Positions 47,797-57,780 are shown, counted from the first letter of the stretch. The stretch: DNA of 64,000 bases from Candidatus Bathyarchaeota archaeon (GCA_963733055.1 CAVTBR010000001.1:448001-512000), one strand, 5' to 3'. The notes: generated from the letters alone by a model not told the origin. Translations and numbers: made by a program.

Positions 47797-49163
47797 TTCT
47801 GACTTTGTATGGGCTTGACCTTTAAGACTAGCCCTTCTCTTCCAACGATCTCGACCTGCCCGCCCACCTTCACCTCGCCACTAAGGCTCTCAGCCTTCCA
47901 AATCTGACCCTCAACCCTGACCTCACCCTTAGGGGCGAGAGCTGACACCGCTGTCCCAGTCATACCCATGAACTGTTCCGGGCCGCCCTTCACCTTCAGT
48001 CGCCTCGACTGGGCGACTTTGAAAACAACGAAACCGAATATTCCAGACATCACCAACGCGACCGAGATCAGAGTTTCCCGCGCCGATTGAACAGCCGACG
48101 CCGCAAGTAACTCCCAGCCTGGGAGAGGAAATTCCAGGAAACTCCCGGCGATCACCATTCCGATTCCGGCTAAAGCGAAAACTCCAATGTGCGTCTTGAT
48201 CTCTAGCAGAGTAAGGGCTATGCCAAGAATGAAGAGAAGCGTGGCAGCGAGGTTGATTCCTATCGCTCCAAAACCTATCAACGCAAACAAGACCATCAAG
48301 GCGCCGACAATCTCAACGCCGTAGCCTGGCGTTTTGAAGCCAATTATGACTGCGTACATCCCAACGAGGAAGAGAGCGATTGAGATTATGGGGTTCGATA
48401 GGAATGTTAGGAGTTGAACGCTATAGCTAGGTGAGTAATTGTAAGTGGGGGCTTGTGCGATGCCTGAGAAGTCAAAGCTCTTCGTATAAGTTACATTACT
48501 TAATGCCGACGTCAAGACAAGCTTCTGCACCGAAGTGCCCATCGGCGTGGTCGTAGAAACCAGTGTGTAAGGTTGAAGTTGAGAGAGTAGGCTATCAAGA
48601 CTGTCAGCGGCAAATTCAACAATATGAAGTCTGATTGCCTCTTCCGGTCCGAGGTTGATGTTCTGCGTGATGAATTGCTGAGCAGCCGTTTCGTTTCTAT
48701 CGTGAAGACGAGCATTGTCCCGCATCAGTCCGGTTAGAGCGTTGATAATTTTCGTTTCGTTGATGGGCTCCCCCGCCGCTGAAACCGGTTGAGCTGAACC
48801 TATCGTTGTCCCGGACGCCATGACGGCTATGTCCGAGGCCATCAAAATGTACGTCCCGCCACTCCAAGCCGCGGCACCTGAAGGAGTAACCCATACAACA
48901 ACCGGAATCGGCGACCCGTTGAACGAATTCATAATATCCGTGACAGATGTCAGATCTCCGCCGGGAGTGTTGAGCTCGTATACTATGAGCCGAGCGCCCC
49001 CGGCCGTCGCCTCATCAATGGAACGCGTCACCAACTCTACAGTTGGGCCCGCTATATCCGAACTAACGCTAACAACAAGTACGCTGCCCTGAGCTTGAGC
49101 AGCAGGCTGAAGCGCCATGAGCACTACGATTGCGACAATTGCAACGAGCGCTATGGTCTTCAT
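47793..49163 (-). CDS. nfeD: NfeD (long form, ClpP-like protease domain + membrane domain + OB fold)
   Basis: Signal peptide, LNTPGG, AAWSGGTYI, TIGSAQPV, C-terminal GEVRVEGQIWKA; overlaps the SPFH gene. Confidence 0.9.
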   Translation of the reverse strand: MKTIALVAIVAIVVLMALQPAAQAQGSVLVVSVSSDIAGPTVELVTRSIDEATAGGARLIVYELNTPGGDLTSVTDIMNSFNGSPIPVVVWVTPSGAAAWSGGTYILMASDIAVMASGTTIGSAQPVSAAGEPINETKIINALTGLMRDNARLHDRNETAAQQFITQNINLGPEEAIRLHIVEFAADSLDSLLSQLQPYTLVSTTTPMGTSVQKLVLTSALSNVTYTKSFDFSGIAQAPTYNYSPSYSVQLLTFLSNPIISIALFLVGMYAVIIGFKTPGYGVEIVGALMVLFALIGFGAIGINLAATLLFILGIALTLLEIKTHIGVFALAGIGMVIAGSFLEFPLPGWELLAASAVQSARETLISVALVMSGIFGFVVFKVAQSRRLKVKGGPEQFMGMTGTAVSALAPKGEVRVEGQIWKAESLSGEVKVGGQVEIVGREGLVLKVKPIQSQK

Positions 49164-49268
49164 TCAGTGGGCGTCTCTTTACTGGGTAGCTGGAAAGCGG
49201 CCTTTAAACTCTGCTTGAGAATAGATGCCAAATGTCCACATTTGTGGTCAGGCGTTGAGAAAGGGGCT

Positions 49269-49922
49269 TTGTCACAACCAACCAAACAATATTCGATGCT
49301 TAGAACAATCTGCCGGAAATTTCCGGTAAAGGTCTGGAAGGCGGGGCGTCCCTTTGAGACGCTGGTTGAGACAATACTATCGCAGAACACGACCGACCGC
49401 AATAGTCACGCGGCGATGTTGAAACTGAGGAAGCGCTACAAGATTAACCCGAGAGCGCTCGCTAAAGCGAGAATTAGAGACTTAACGCCGTGCATTAAGC
49501 AGGCCGGACTGTACAGGTCAAAGGGTCCACGAATAATAGCCGTATCCAGAATTATTCAGGATCAGTATGGTGGACGACTCGCACCCATCCTCAACCAGCC
49601 GTATGAACAGGCGAAGAGCGAGCTGATGACGCTTCCCGGAGTTGGACCGAAGACAGCTGACATCCTCCTCGCATTCGTGGCCAAGAACCCCATAATCCCA
49701 GTCGATACGCACATAGCGAGGGTTACAAAACGGCTCGGAATCGCCAAGCCAAACGCAAACTACGAACAAGTCCGCCTGCCACTAGAAGCCCTGATTCCGC
49801 CTCGAAAGCGCGTCTCCTGGCATCTGTCAATCATCTCGTTCGGGCGGGCAATCTGTCGAGCTCCACGCCCCCGGTGTGCTATCTGTCCCGTAAACAAGCT
49901 ATGCCCAAGCAGCACGGTCTAG
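49269..49922 (+). CDS. nth: Endonuclease III (HhH-GPD, 4Fe-4S)
   Basis: ILSQNTTD, LPGVGPKTA, PVDTH, C-x6-C-x2-C-x5-C. TTG 49269 preferred. Confidence 0.9.
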   Translation: MSQPTKQYSMLRTICRKFPVKVWKAGRPFETLVETILSQNTTDRNSHAAMLKLRKRYKINPRALAKARIRDLTPCIKQAGLYRSKGPRIIAVSRIIQDQYGGRLAPILNQPYEQAKSELMTLPGVGPKTADILLAFVAKNPIIPVDTHIARVTKRLGIAKPNANYEQVRLPLEALIPPRKRVSWHLSIISFGRAICRAPRPRCAICPVNKLCPSSTV

Positions 49923-49995
49923 CGCGAAATCAACAACAGACTCGCGTCAACAACTCTTTTTAGTAAAGGCTCGTTTCAGGCGAGAAGGTGACTCG

Positions 49996-50196
49996 TTGCC
50001 GGAAGTTGCGGAAGAGGACATACCCTTCTACGCTGAAGTAACCGCGGGCGGAAGGGTAACCATACCTGAAGAAATTCGCAAGATCTTTGACATCAAAGAT
50101 GGCGATGCAGTATTCTGTAGGCTGAAAATTATTCCCAGCAGAAAGAAGAACAATCTTCCTCCGAAGGAAGCGAAGGAACCAAAACAAACCACTTAG
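49996..50196 (+). CDS. AbrB/MazE/SpoVT family DNA-binding protein
   Basis: VTAGGRVTIPEEIRKIFDIKDGD. Confidence 0.85.
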   Translation: MPEVAEEDIPFYAEVTAGGRVTIPEEIRKIFDIKDGDAVFCRLKIIPSRKKNNLPPKEAKEPKQTT

Positions 50197-50867
50197 GTCT
50201 GCGTTGTTGAAAGTAGCGTTCGCCCGAGTGGCGTCAGTTTAACGCGCAGACGTCCACGTTTGCCCCTCTCAATCTCCACTAACCCCAGCCCCTCCAGTCC
50301 CTTGCTATCTCGCGACCCGCGAATGTGGTAGCTTAGAAGTGGCTTTCCGTAATTCGCGATCGTGCTTAACTTCTCTAAGCTCTCTACGTCGCCGCCGGAA
50401 CGCTCGATCGCACGGAGGATTTCGAGCTTAGGCTCCGTCACCGTTTGAGTATACCCATACTTCATAACCGGCAATACTTCGGCGCGGTCGCCGATGACGT
50501 CGAATGTTCTTATTCCGTGAATGAAACCCGCCGTAACTCCGGCGCAGGTCAAATGTTTGCTAGCCGATCCGACGTTAATGAGAAAATCTTGAAAGCCTTC
50601 GGTTTCTTTCTTCACTAGCTCTCCGACAGCATCGAGCATCGTTTGTACTGTGGAGTCTTGGATCGGCACGATCTCAACCGCGAGCCTGAGAGTATCAGTA
50701 AGCTTTCCCGCGAGTTGTTTCGCTTGGACATTGGAATCGGTTGTCGCGATTAGGGCCAATTTGTGGGCTGGAAAACTTCGAAGCCCAACAAAGACTGCTT
50801 CTTCATTGTCTCCAAGAATCGCCATTTGAAGCGTCTTCAGAGGCATGGGCTCCGCATCCGTTCGCAT
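50193..50867 (-). CDS. CARF-like Rossmann domain + winged-HTH regulator (Csa3/DUF6293-like)
   Basis: N-terminal LQMAILG strand, FLINVGSASK motif, C-terminal LSYHI..LEGLGLVEIERG..VKLTPLG wHTH. Confidence 0.7.
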   Translation of the reverse strand: MRTDAEPMPLKTLQMAILGDNEEAVFVGLRSFPAHKLALIATTDSNVQAKQLAGKLTDTLRLAVEIVPIQDSTVQTMLDAVGELVKKETEGFQDFLINVGSASKHLTCAGVTAGFIHGIRTFDVIGDRAEVLPVMKYGYTQTVTEPKLEILRAIERSGGDVESLEKLSTIANYGKPLLSYHIRGSRDSKGLEGLGLVEIERGKRGRLRVKLTPLGRTLLSTTQT

Positions 50868-50950
50868 CTAATTAAACGCTTACAAATCGACTTATACCGT
50901 AGGTTCCGGTTTTCGGAGGAAAACTGAATCGGAGAGCTGGAGGAGAGAAG

Positions 50951-52195
50951 GTGGGGTATTCATCGCGGTTCTCGGTGAGCCGCTCAACCCTTTTTCAATC
51001 CCCGCTGTACATCTCCGTATTTCTAATGAGGTTCAGCTTCGGCCTCGTTCTATTCACTCTCCCAATTTATCTTCCAAGGCATGAATTCTCGAACTTCGCA
51101 GTGGGCATAATCGCGGCCGCCTACCCGATAGCTGAAACCATCTGCGGGCCAACGATCGGAATTCTAGTCGACAGGTACGGAAGGCGAAAGTGGATCTACC
51201 TGGGCTTGACGATTTCCACCGTGGCATTATTTGTATTCACGTTGAACACGAACATCGCCTACTTAGCGGCAGTGCATGCAGTGCAGGGTGTCGCGGCGGC
51301 CATGATCATCGTTAGCACGCTCACCATGGTAACAGACGCCACCACTAGCACAACTCGCGGGAAGGAAATGGGCATTTATGATTTCGCGAACCTGGGCGGG
51401 TATATGGTTGGGATTTTGGCTGCGGGAATCCTAACGCATATTGCGTCACGAACGACGCCCTTCTACTTTGCCTCGGCCCTCGCGGCGATCGGCGCCCTCT
51501 TCGCGTATTTCAGAGTCAAGGAAACGAAATGGCAGGGCAGGGATCGCGCGTTCTCCCCCATTCAAACGTTGAAGATTCTGTTGAGTCACCGACGCGCGGC
51601 CGCGATGTTCCCGATCTGGTTGGCTATAACCACATTCGTTGGAGTCGCATTAACATTCGGCCCACGCCTAGGCCCATCGCCCTTCCTGACGAGCATATTC
51701 TTTGGCGGAGTTGTGCTTGTGTTGGCGGTGACGCAGCCACTCTTCGGCCACCTATCCGACAAATACGGTCGAGATAAGCTCATGATGCTAGGACTGCTCT
51801 CGGTTCTGGGTCTGTTCTTTACAGCCATAGAGATGGTTAGGGGCAGGTTGGGGTTCTGGTTTGGCGCCCCATTTCTGGTCTTGTTCGGAATTGGTAGTTT
51901 CGCTTTTCCGCCCGCCGCACTCGCAACGTTAGGTGACCTAGCTCCCGACCGTAGCCGGGGAACTACTATGGGGGTGTATAGTGTTGTGATAAGTTTGGGA
52001 ACGATAATCGGACCACTTCTCGGTGGCTATTTGCTGGACAAATATGGGGTGACGAGCCTGTTCTATTCCGGCCTCGTGATATTGATTGGAGCGTTGAGTC
52101 TCTCGATTCTCATAGCCGGTTCGGGCTTCAGCGTCTCGAAACCTCTCACATTCCGTAGACGAGTCGAGGCTAGGTTTTCTTGGAAAGGTGCATGA
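50951..52195 (+). CDS. MFS transporter
   Basis: GILVDRYGRRK and GHLSDKYGRDK motif A in both halves; about 12 hydrophobic segments. Confidence 0.92.
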   Translation: MGYSSRFSVSRSTLFQSPLYISVFLMRFSFGLVLFTLPIYLPRHEFSNFAVGIIAAAYPIAETICGPTIGILVDRYGRRKWIYLGLTISTVALFVFTLNTNIAYLAAVHAVQGVAAAMIIVSTLTMVTDATTSTTRGKEMGIYDFANLGGYMVGILAAGILTHIASRTTPFYFASALAAIGALFAYFRVKETKWQGRDRAFSPIQTLKILLSHRRAAAMFPIWLAITTFVGVALTFGPRLGPSPFLTSIFFGGVVLVLAVTQPLFGHLSDKYGRDKLMMLGLLSVLGLFFTAIEMVRGRLGFWFGAPFLVLFGIGSFAFPPAALATLGDLAPDRSRGTTMGVYSVVISLGTIIGPLLGGYLLDKYGVTSLFYSGLVILIGALSLSILIAGSGFSVSKPLTFRRRVEARFSWKGA

Positions 52196-53558
52196 TGACG
52201 TCCATTTTCGTTAGGACCCCGACAGCTACCCCATTATGAACAACGACTACGGCGTTGTGGCCCGCCGTCAGGTGCTTATACAGTTCGGAGATTTCGGCCT
52301 TGGAGTCAACGCTAGGTAGGGCTGCGTCCATGACTTCTTGGGTGGGTTGAGACAGCGATGCTTCTCGTGTGAGAAGTTTCTTCATCACCGTATCATCGTA
52401 GATCGTACCGAGGACGTGGCCCTCTTCGACGACAGGAAGTTGGGATACGTCATGGGTTCGCATTAGTTCCACTGCTTTCGAGAGTGGGTCGTTGAGGGTT
52501 ACCGCGATCATAGGCGGCACGCCTAAGGGTTTCGCGCTCAAAATCGTCTCGACCGTAATCTTGCCCTCCTTCTCAGCCTCAATGTAACCCAATTCCAGCA
52601 TCCACTCATCAGAGTACATCTTGCTCAGGTAGTTTCTTCCTGTATCTGGGAATAGGACGACTACGACCTGGTCTTTGGAGAGTTTCTTGGCGACTTGGAG
52701 TGTGGCGTACATCGCCGTCCCAGATGACCCTCCGACCAAAAGCCCTTCCTCCCTCGCCAGACGGCGGGCCGTGATGAACGAGTCTTTGTCGCTGACGCTT
52801 ATCACTTCGTCGACGTAATCCATGACGAGCGTTTTCGGCATGAAATCCTCTCCAATCCCTTCCACCTTGTAAGGGTGAAGCGGTTTGTCGATCTTGTTGT
52901 AGCGCGGATAGAAGATCGAACCCTCAGGGTCCACGCCTATGACTTTGACTTCAGGCTTTTTCTCTTTCAGATACTTTCCAACACCGGTGATAGTGCCCCC
53001 CGTGCCCATGCCCATTACTACGACGTCCACTTTTCCGTCGGTTTGTTTCCAAATTTCCGGCCCCGTGGTCTTGTAGTGAACTAGCGGGTTGATCGGGTTC
53101 ATGTACTGGTTCGGCATGTACGCGTTTGACGTTTCATGAGCGATTCTTTCTGCCACATTGTAGTAGTTTTCTGGCGAGTCCGGGGGAACGTTGGTTGGGG
53201 CGATAACGACCCGACCACCGAGAGCACGGAGTAGCTTACGTTTTTCTTCACTCATTTTGTCGGCCATCGTGAAGATGGCCCTGTAACCCCGAATCGCGGC
53301 GGTGAGCGCTAGCCCCATGCCAGTATTCCCTGAAGTGGGTTCAACGATGGTGCCGTGAGGCTTCAACAGTCCCTTGCGTTCGGCGTCGTCGATCATGGCG
53401 ATGCCGATCCGGTCCTTCACGCTACCGCCGGGGTTTAGGTACTCAAGTTTCGCGAGGATCAGGCAACTAGCACCGTTAGTGACTTTGTTAATCTTCACAA
53501 GTGGGGTATTTCCAATTAGACCGAGGATATTCTCGTGGTACTGCAAGGCTGACGTCAC
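52170..53558 (-). CDS. cbs: Cystathionine beta-synthase with C-terminal CBS pair
   Basis: IGNTPL, NPGGSVKDR, EPTSGNTG, GTGGT, EGIG, PDTGRNYLSK; tandem CBS domains (VSQLPV). Confidence 0.88.
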   Translation of the reverse strand: MTSALQYHENILGLIGNTPLVKINKVTNGASCLILAKLEYLNPGGSVKDRIGIAMIDDAERKGLLKPHGTIVEPTSGNTGMGLALTAAIRGYRAIFTMADKMSEEKRKLLRALGGRVVIAPTNVPPDSPENYYNVAERIAHETSNAYMPNQYMNPINPLVHYKTTGPEIWKQTDGKVDVVVMGMGTGGTITGVGKYLKEKKPEVKVIGVDPEGSIFYPRYNKIDKPLHPYKVEGIGEDFMPKTLVMDYVDEVISVSDKDSFITARRLAREEGLLVGGSSGTAMYATLQVAKKLSKDQVVVVLFPDTGRNYLSKMYSDEWMLELGYIEAEKEGKITVETILSAKPLGVPPMIAVTLNDPLSKAVELMRTHDVSQLPVVEEGHVLGTIYDDTVMKKLLTREASLSQPTQEVMDAALPSVDSKAEISELYKHLTAGHNAVVVVHNGVAVGVLTKMDVIMHLSKKT

Positions 53559-53677
53559 GTTACAGTCGTGGTTGAAGGCTATATCTTATGGCATAACCGA
53601 TAAATCGCCCTGTACTCTACTCGGCTATCATGGAAGCCGTATTTCTAGTTCAACCCTGGGTTCAGAGCCGGACGGCA

Positions 53678-53980
53678 ATGGACTGTTGCAAACTTTGTTA
53701 TCAAGAGAGAGAAAGCAAGGACCATTTGGAATGTAAACGAGCCCACCTAGCCGCATACAACTCCCTCCTCGCAGTTCTGAGGCTTGAGAAGGGGAAGGAG
53801 TTCGAAGACGCTTTGAAGACTCTGGAAGAAGCGAAAGCAAAATGCCTCGCAACCGTCAAACCGGACAACCAATGCCACAGCAAATCCCAGGAAGCATTAG
53901 GTCAGACGCTTGCGATCTACGACAAGATATTGGAGAATTACAAGAGGATAATTCCGATGCGGGCTGCTCCGAAGCTCTAA
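53678..53980 (+). CDS. Hypothetical small Cys/His-rich helical protein
   Basis: MDCCKLC..H..C...H N-terminus followed by amphipathic helices; fills the gap between cbs and the next gene. Confidence 0.55.
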   Translation: MDCCKLCYQERESKDHLECKRAHLAAYNSLLAVLRLEKGKEFEDALKTLEEAKAKCLATVKPDNQCHSKSQEALGQTLAIYDKILENYKRIIPMRAAPKL

Positions 53981-54079
53981 TATGCGCTAGGCGTGGATCG
54001 CCAGAGATTTCCTAAACCCATCTTCCAAGAAACTCAGTTTATGCTTCGCTAAACGATCGAGAGCAGGAAAGCTGAGGAT

Positions 54080-55812
54080 ATGCCACCTGAACACGAAGCT
54101 CAGATTGCATGGTTGGATTGGACCGATGAGGCCTTTCAGAGAGCGAAGGCGGAGAATAAGCCGGTTCTACTGGACATCAGCGCGGTCTGGTGCCACTGGT
54201 GCCACCGACTCGACCATGACACTTACGCGGTTCCCGACATAGCCGAATACATTCAAACTAATTTCATCCCAATCCGTGTTGACACGGATAAGCGACCGGA
54301 CATCAACCGTAGGTACAATATGGGGGGTTGGCCCACAACCGCCTTCCTCGCACCGGACGGGCGTGTGATTGGCGGCGGCGCATATTTCCCTCCGGACCAG
54401 ATGCGTCAGCTTCTACGTGACATCAGGTCAAATTGGTTGAAATCGCAAGGGAAGCCTCCGGCTGAGGTTCTGCCTCCCGAGGAGGAGAGCGCGCCTGTTG
54501 GTGAATTGTCAAGTTCCATGGTGGACGAGATACTTGGCGAGGTTGCCAACAACTTTGATCCCATCTACGGCGGCTTCGGATCCCAACCCAAGTTCCCCAA
54601 CACAGAAGCCCAAGAATTAGCGCTGATGAAGTACCATTACACTGGCAACCGGGAATTTCTCGGACTCGTAGTCGTGACATTGAACAATGCTGGACGAAGT
54701 GGGACGTATGATAAGGAGATGGGCGGCTTCTTCCGTTATTCAACAGCCCGAGACTGGAGTATCCCACATTTCGAGAAAATGTCTGAGGACAACGCGAAAT
54801 GGCTTCAACTCTACCTGCACGCCTACCAATCCACCGCCGACCCATTCTACGCCGAGGTCTCAAGAGGAATTATCGACTACGTGAACTCATGGCTGAGTGA
54901 TCAGACGCAGGGTTGTTTCTACGGAAGCCAAGACGCGGATGAGGAATACTACAAGCTCAGTAAAGCCGAACGCCTCAAGACCAAACCGCCTTTCGTTGAT
55001 AAGCGAATCTACACGAATTGGAATACGATGATGATATCCGCCTACCTCGACGCCTCCTTCATCCTAGCCGATCCGCTACCACGAGAGTTCGCGCTCAAAA
55101 GCCTCGATAGGCTACTTCAGCTCAATTTCAGGAAGAATGAAGGCATGTACCATTTCTACGACGGCAAACCCCAATTGGAGAATCAACTCGCCGACCAAAT
55201 ACAAACCGTCAATGCTCTATGCCGTGCCTTCGAGTGTACAGGAGAGAGGAAGTATCTCAAGAACGCGACTGAGCTGATGAATCTCACCATAACAAAACTT
55301 CACGATCCGCAACTCGGCGGTTTCTTCGACACTGTAGTTGACCCGAACGCTCCTGGCTTTCTAAGTAAGCAAACAAAGCCGCTGGAGGAAAACAGCGCCG
55401 CAGCTCGCGTTTTAACAAAACTGCATCACCTAATGGGAGATGAGTCGTACCGGAAATACGCGGAAGATACCCTAAGGCGTTTCGCGGATTCCTATCTCAG
55501 CTTCGGATTCTCATCAGCCGAGTTCGCGTTGGGCGTTGACGCTTTCCTGAATGAACCGAGTATGATACAGATCGTTGGATCCCCCGATAGGCCGCAAACG
55601 AAGGGCCTCCTCCGGAAGCCAACCGCATATACGAGCCAAGAAAGATCGTGCAAATCTTTGATCCGCGTCAGGATTCGAAGGAGATAGAAGCGAGGGGTTA
55701 CTCAACGGCTGACACGCCGACCGCCTACATCTGCGTCGGAACAACCTGCACAGCACCCATCACAGAGCCGAAGCAGATTGCGCCGTCGCTACAACAAATG
55801 ATCAAGCACTAA
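54080..55812 (+). CDS. YyaL/SSP411-like thioredoxin-domain + (alpha/alpha)6 protein (1-bp deletion near 55613)
   Basis: WCHWCH, RPDI, GGWP, GGFGSQPKFP, PHFEKM. The family C-terminus (PTAYICVGTTCTAPITEP) is in the neighbouring frame, ending at TAA 55810-55812. Confidence 0.85.
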
Positions 55813-56221
55813 GCTTCAGATCGTCAACCGCTAGTTTCTTTCTGATCTCCTCCATCTGGTCTGCACGGAGGAGCTTTCTTGCGGTGAATCCCGCGTTGTC
55901 GTTGGGGCTTCGGGGAATTATGTGAACGTGCACGTGGGGTATGAGTTGGTTTGCGGCCGCGCCGTCGTTGGTGGAGATATGGGACGCGGTTGCGCCTAAC
56001 CTGGAGGTTATCACCTGGTTCAGGGCGTGTACGCGGGCGTAGAGCGCCAAGAAATCATGCAGCGACATATTGTTGACGCGCTCGAAATGCGCTTTGGGCA
56101 GGACGAGAGTGTGCCCTATTGAGATTGGATACTTATCGAGAAATGCAATGTGGCCCGCGTCTTCGTAGATTATGTAGGCCGGGGTTGTTTTGCTTATGAT
56201 TTCGCAGAAAACACAGGCCAA
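55802..56221 (-). CDS. HIT family hydrolase
   Basis: CVFCEI, FLDKYP, GHTLVLPKAH, HVHVHIIPR. Confidence 0.92.
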   Translation of the reverse strand: MACVFCEIISKTTPAYIIYEDAGHIAFLDKYPISIGHTLVLPKAHFERVNNMSLHDFLALYARVHALNQVITSRLGATASHISTNDGAAANQLIPHVHVHIIPRSPNDNAGFTARKLLRADQMEEIRKKLAVDDLKLSA

Positions 56222-56323
56222 TCCATCCGCCTCCCAGAGTCCCAGCCATTATCACGAGATAGTACGAAAGTTACATAAAACGACTCGCAACTATAGGAAT
56301 ACCACACCTGTAGGCGAGAAAAG

Positions 56324-56611
56324 CTGGCAAAACGCATAAGGGTTAGACCCAAGAAACGAAGAAGTCGTGCGGCTAGGAGAACAGCGCCGAGGAGAGCATC
56401 TAGAACCAGGCGAAAGCCGGCGGCGCCAAAGGAGACACACTTCAATGCTTTGCTTGTCTTCATGATGTTCCTATACATGCTCAGGCTCGTGGACGAGAAG
56501 ACGCTCAAAAGAATGCAAAGAGACCTATCACCTCAGAAGAAACATGCCGCGAAGCGTAGAAAGAAGCGTAGGGCGAAGCCCAGAGCGAAGCCTCGAAGAC
56601 GCCGAAAGTAA
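56324..56611 (+). CDS. Uncalled Arg/Lys-rich (protamine/H1-like) protein with central hydrophobic helix, probable CTG start
   Basis: Open frame translated by hand: LAKRIRVRPKKRRSRAARRTAPRRASRTRRKPAAPKETHFNALLVFMMFLYMLRLVDEKTLKRMQRDLSPQKKHAAKRRKKRRAKPRAKPRRRRK*. Fills an otherwise empty gap. Confidence 0.65.
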   Translation: MAKRIRVRPKKRRSRAARRTAPRRASRTRRKPAAPKETHFNALLVFMMFLYMLRLVDEKTLKRMQRDLSPQKKHAAKRRKKRRAKPRAKPRRRRK

Positions 56612-56749
56612 AGCCCAAGAGGACGCTCGGGTAGCGGTACCTCACCGGACAGCTCAAATTGGTAAAGGGAACACTGCCGTTCCTCAGTCGAAAAATTCCA
56701 TGAACGGAAATAACTCATAATAGGGTCTGGAACTCCTGTTCGACGCCGG

Positions 56750-57595
56750 GTGCTGGGCTTGAGGCGTGGAATGGCTGGGGTTGGATTACTAGTAGTCTTG
56801 TGTATGTTTCTGTTGGTTTTGGAGCCGTTATCTGTTCACGCGAGTACGTCCATCGTCTTCGATTCATCCGCCACTAACAATTGTGCGGGCTGCCTCACGT
56901 TGTCCTGGTCTCATACTGTTGGGACGGGCAGTAATGGGATTCTAATCGTCGGACTCTCCGGTTATAAGAATGCCCCCGCTACTAGTGTCACGTTTGGCTC
57001 CAAGTTACTCTCACGTGTGGGCAATCACCTGGGTTTTAGTCTTGTGAATGTTGAGTTGTGGGTTCTCCTTAACCCATCGAGCGCATGCGCCCCTTCGCCT
57101 CCTCCTTGCAAGGCAATGGTCACCGTCACCATCACGGCTGACGATATCTTGGCTGGGGGGTCGGTTTCATACTTTAATGTCGGGGGTACCGGAACCGTTG
57201 CCTCAGCCGATGACGGTGGGACCCCGGGAACCACTGGTTCGGTCACAGTGAGCGGCAGCACCTCAGGTGACCTGGTGGTAGACGCGTTAGGGGCATACAA
57301 CAACGTGGGCACAACCACCGCCTCTCCGGGGGCGGGTCAAAGTCAACGTTGGAACACTGGACCAGTTCATCCAATCTCAATCGCGAATTTTGTTGGAGGG
57401 GGGAGCGACCAACCCGCTTCGTCACCCGTAACCATGACCTGGTCATTGTCCACCTCCACCTTTTGGTCGTTAATTGCTGTCCCTCTCACACAAGCCACTA
57501 TCATACCAGAGTACCCGCTTGGACTACCAATACTCGCGATCCTCACGATAATCGCATACGGGGTAATCAGACGAAGAGCGAAGCACGAAACCTAA
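56750..57595 (+). CDS. Secreted Ser/Thr/Gly-rich surface protein with PEF-CTERM-like anchor
   Basis: Signal peptide ending VHA; C-terminal IPEYP + hydrophobic helix + RRRAK. Confidence 0.75.
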   Translation: MLGLRRGMAGVGLLVVLCMFLLVLEPLSVHASTSIVFDSSATNNCAGCLTLSWSHTVGTGSNGILIVGLSGYKNAPATSVTFGSKLLSRVGNHLGFSLVNVELWVLLNPSSACAPSPPPCKAMVTVTITADDILAGGSVSYFNVGGTGTVASADDGGTPGTTGSVTVSGSTSGDLVVDALGAYNNVGTTTASPGAGQSQRWNTGPVHPISIANFVGGGSDQPASSPVTMTWSLSTSTFWSLIAVPLTQATIIPEYPLGLPILAILTIIAYGVIRRRAKHET

Positions 57596-57698
57596 ACACG
57601 CTAACAATTAACTGAACGATAACGATACATGCCTAGGCGATTGTCAACCGTCAACGTAGCCTTGCTGCCTCCTGCCGTCCCTGTCCAAAACAAATCCG

Positions 57699-57717
57699 CG
57701 TTTCTCAGAGAGAAACG
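57699..57717. promoter_or_regulatory. 8-3-8 inverted repeat CGTTTCTC-AGA-GAGAAACG
   Basis: Perfect arms about 63 nt upstream of the wHTH gene; operator or terminator. Confidence 0.4.
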
Positions 57718-57780
57718 ATTAGCTTCACTCAACTCTCTTGCTTATCTTTGCAGGGGGTCTACTGTTCCCGTTGAACAAAA

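Noticed and set aside
56644-56710. tRNA D-loop-like string AGCTCAAATTGGTA
   Set aside because: No D-stem complement, no TTCRA T-loop and no acceptor-stem pairing.
56194-56718. Minus-strand ORFs 56194..56508 and 56533..56718
   Set aside because: Antisense to the Arg/Lys-rich frame; their Phe/Leu/Arg composition mirrors its codons.
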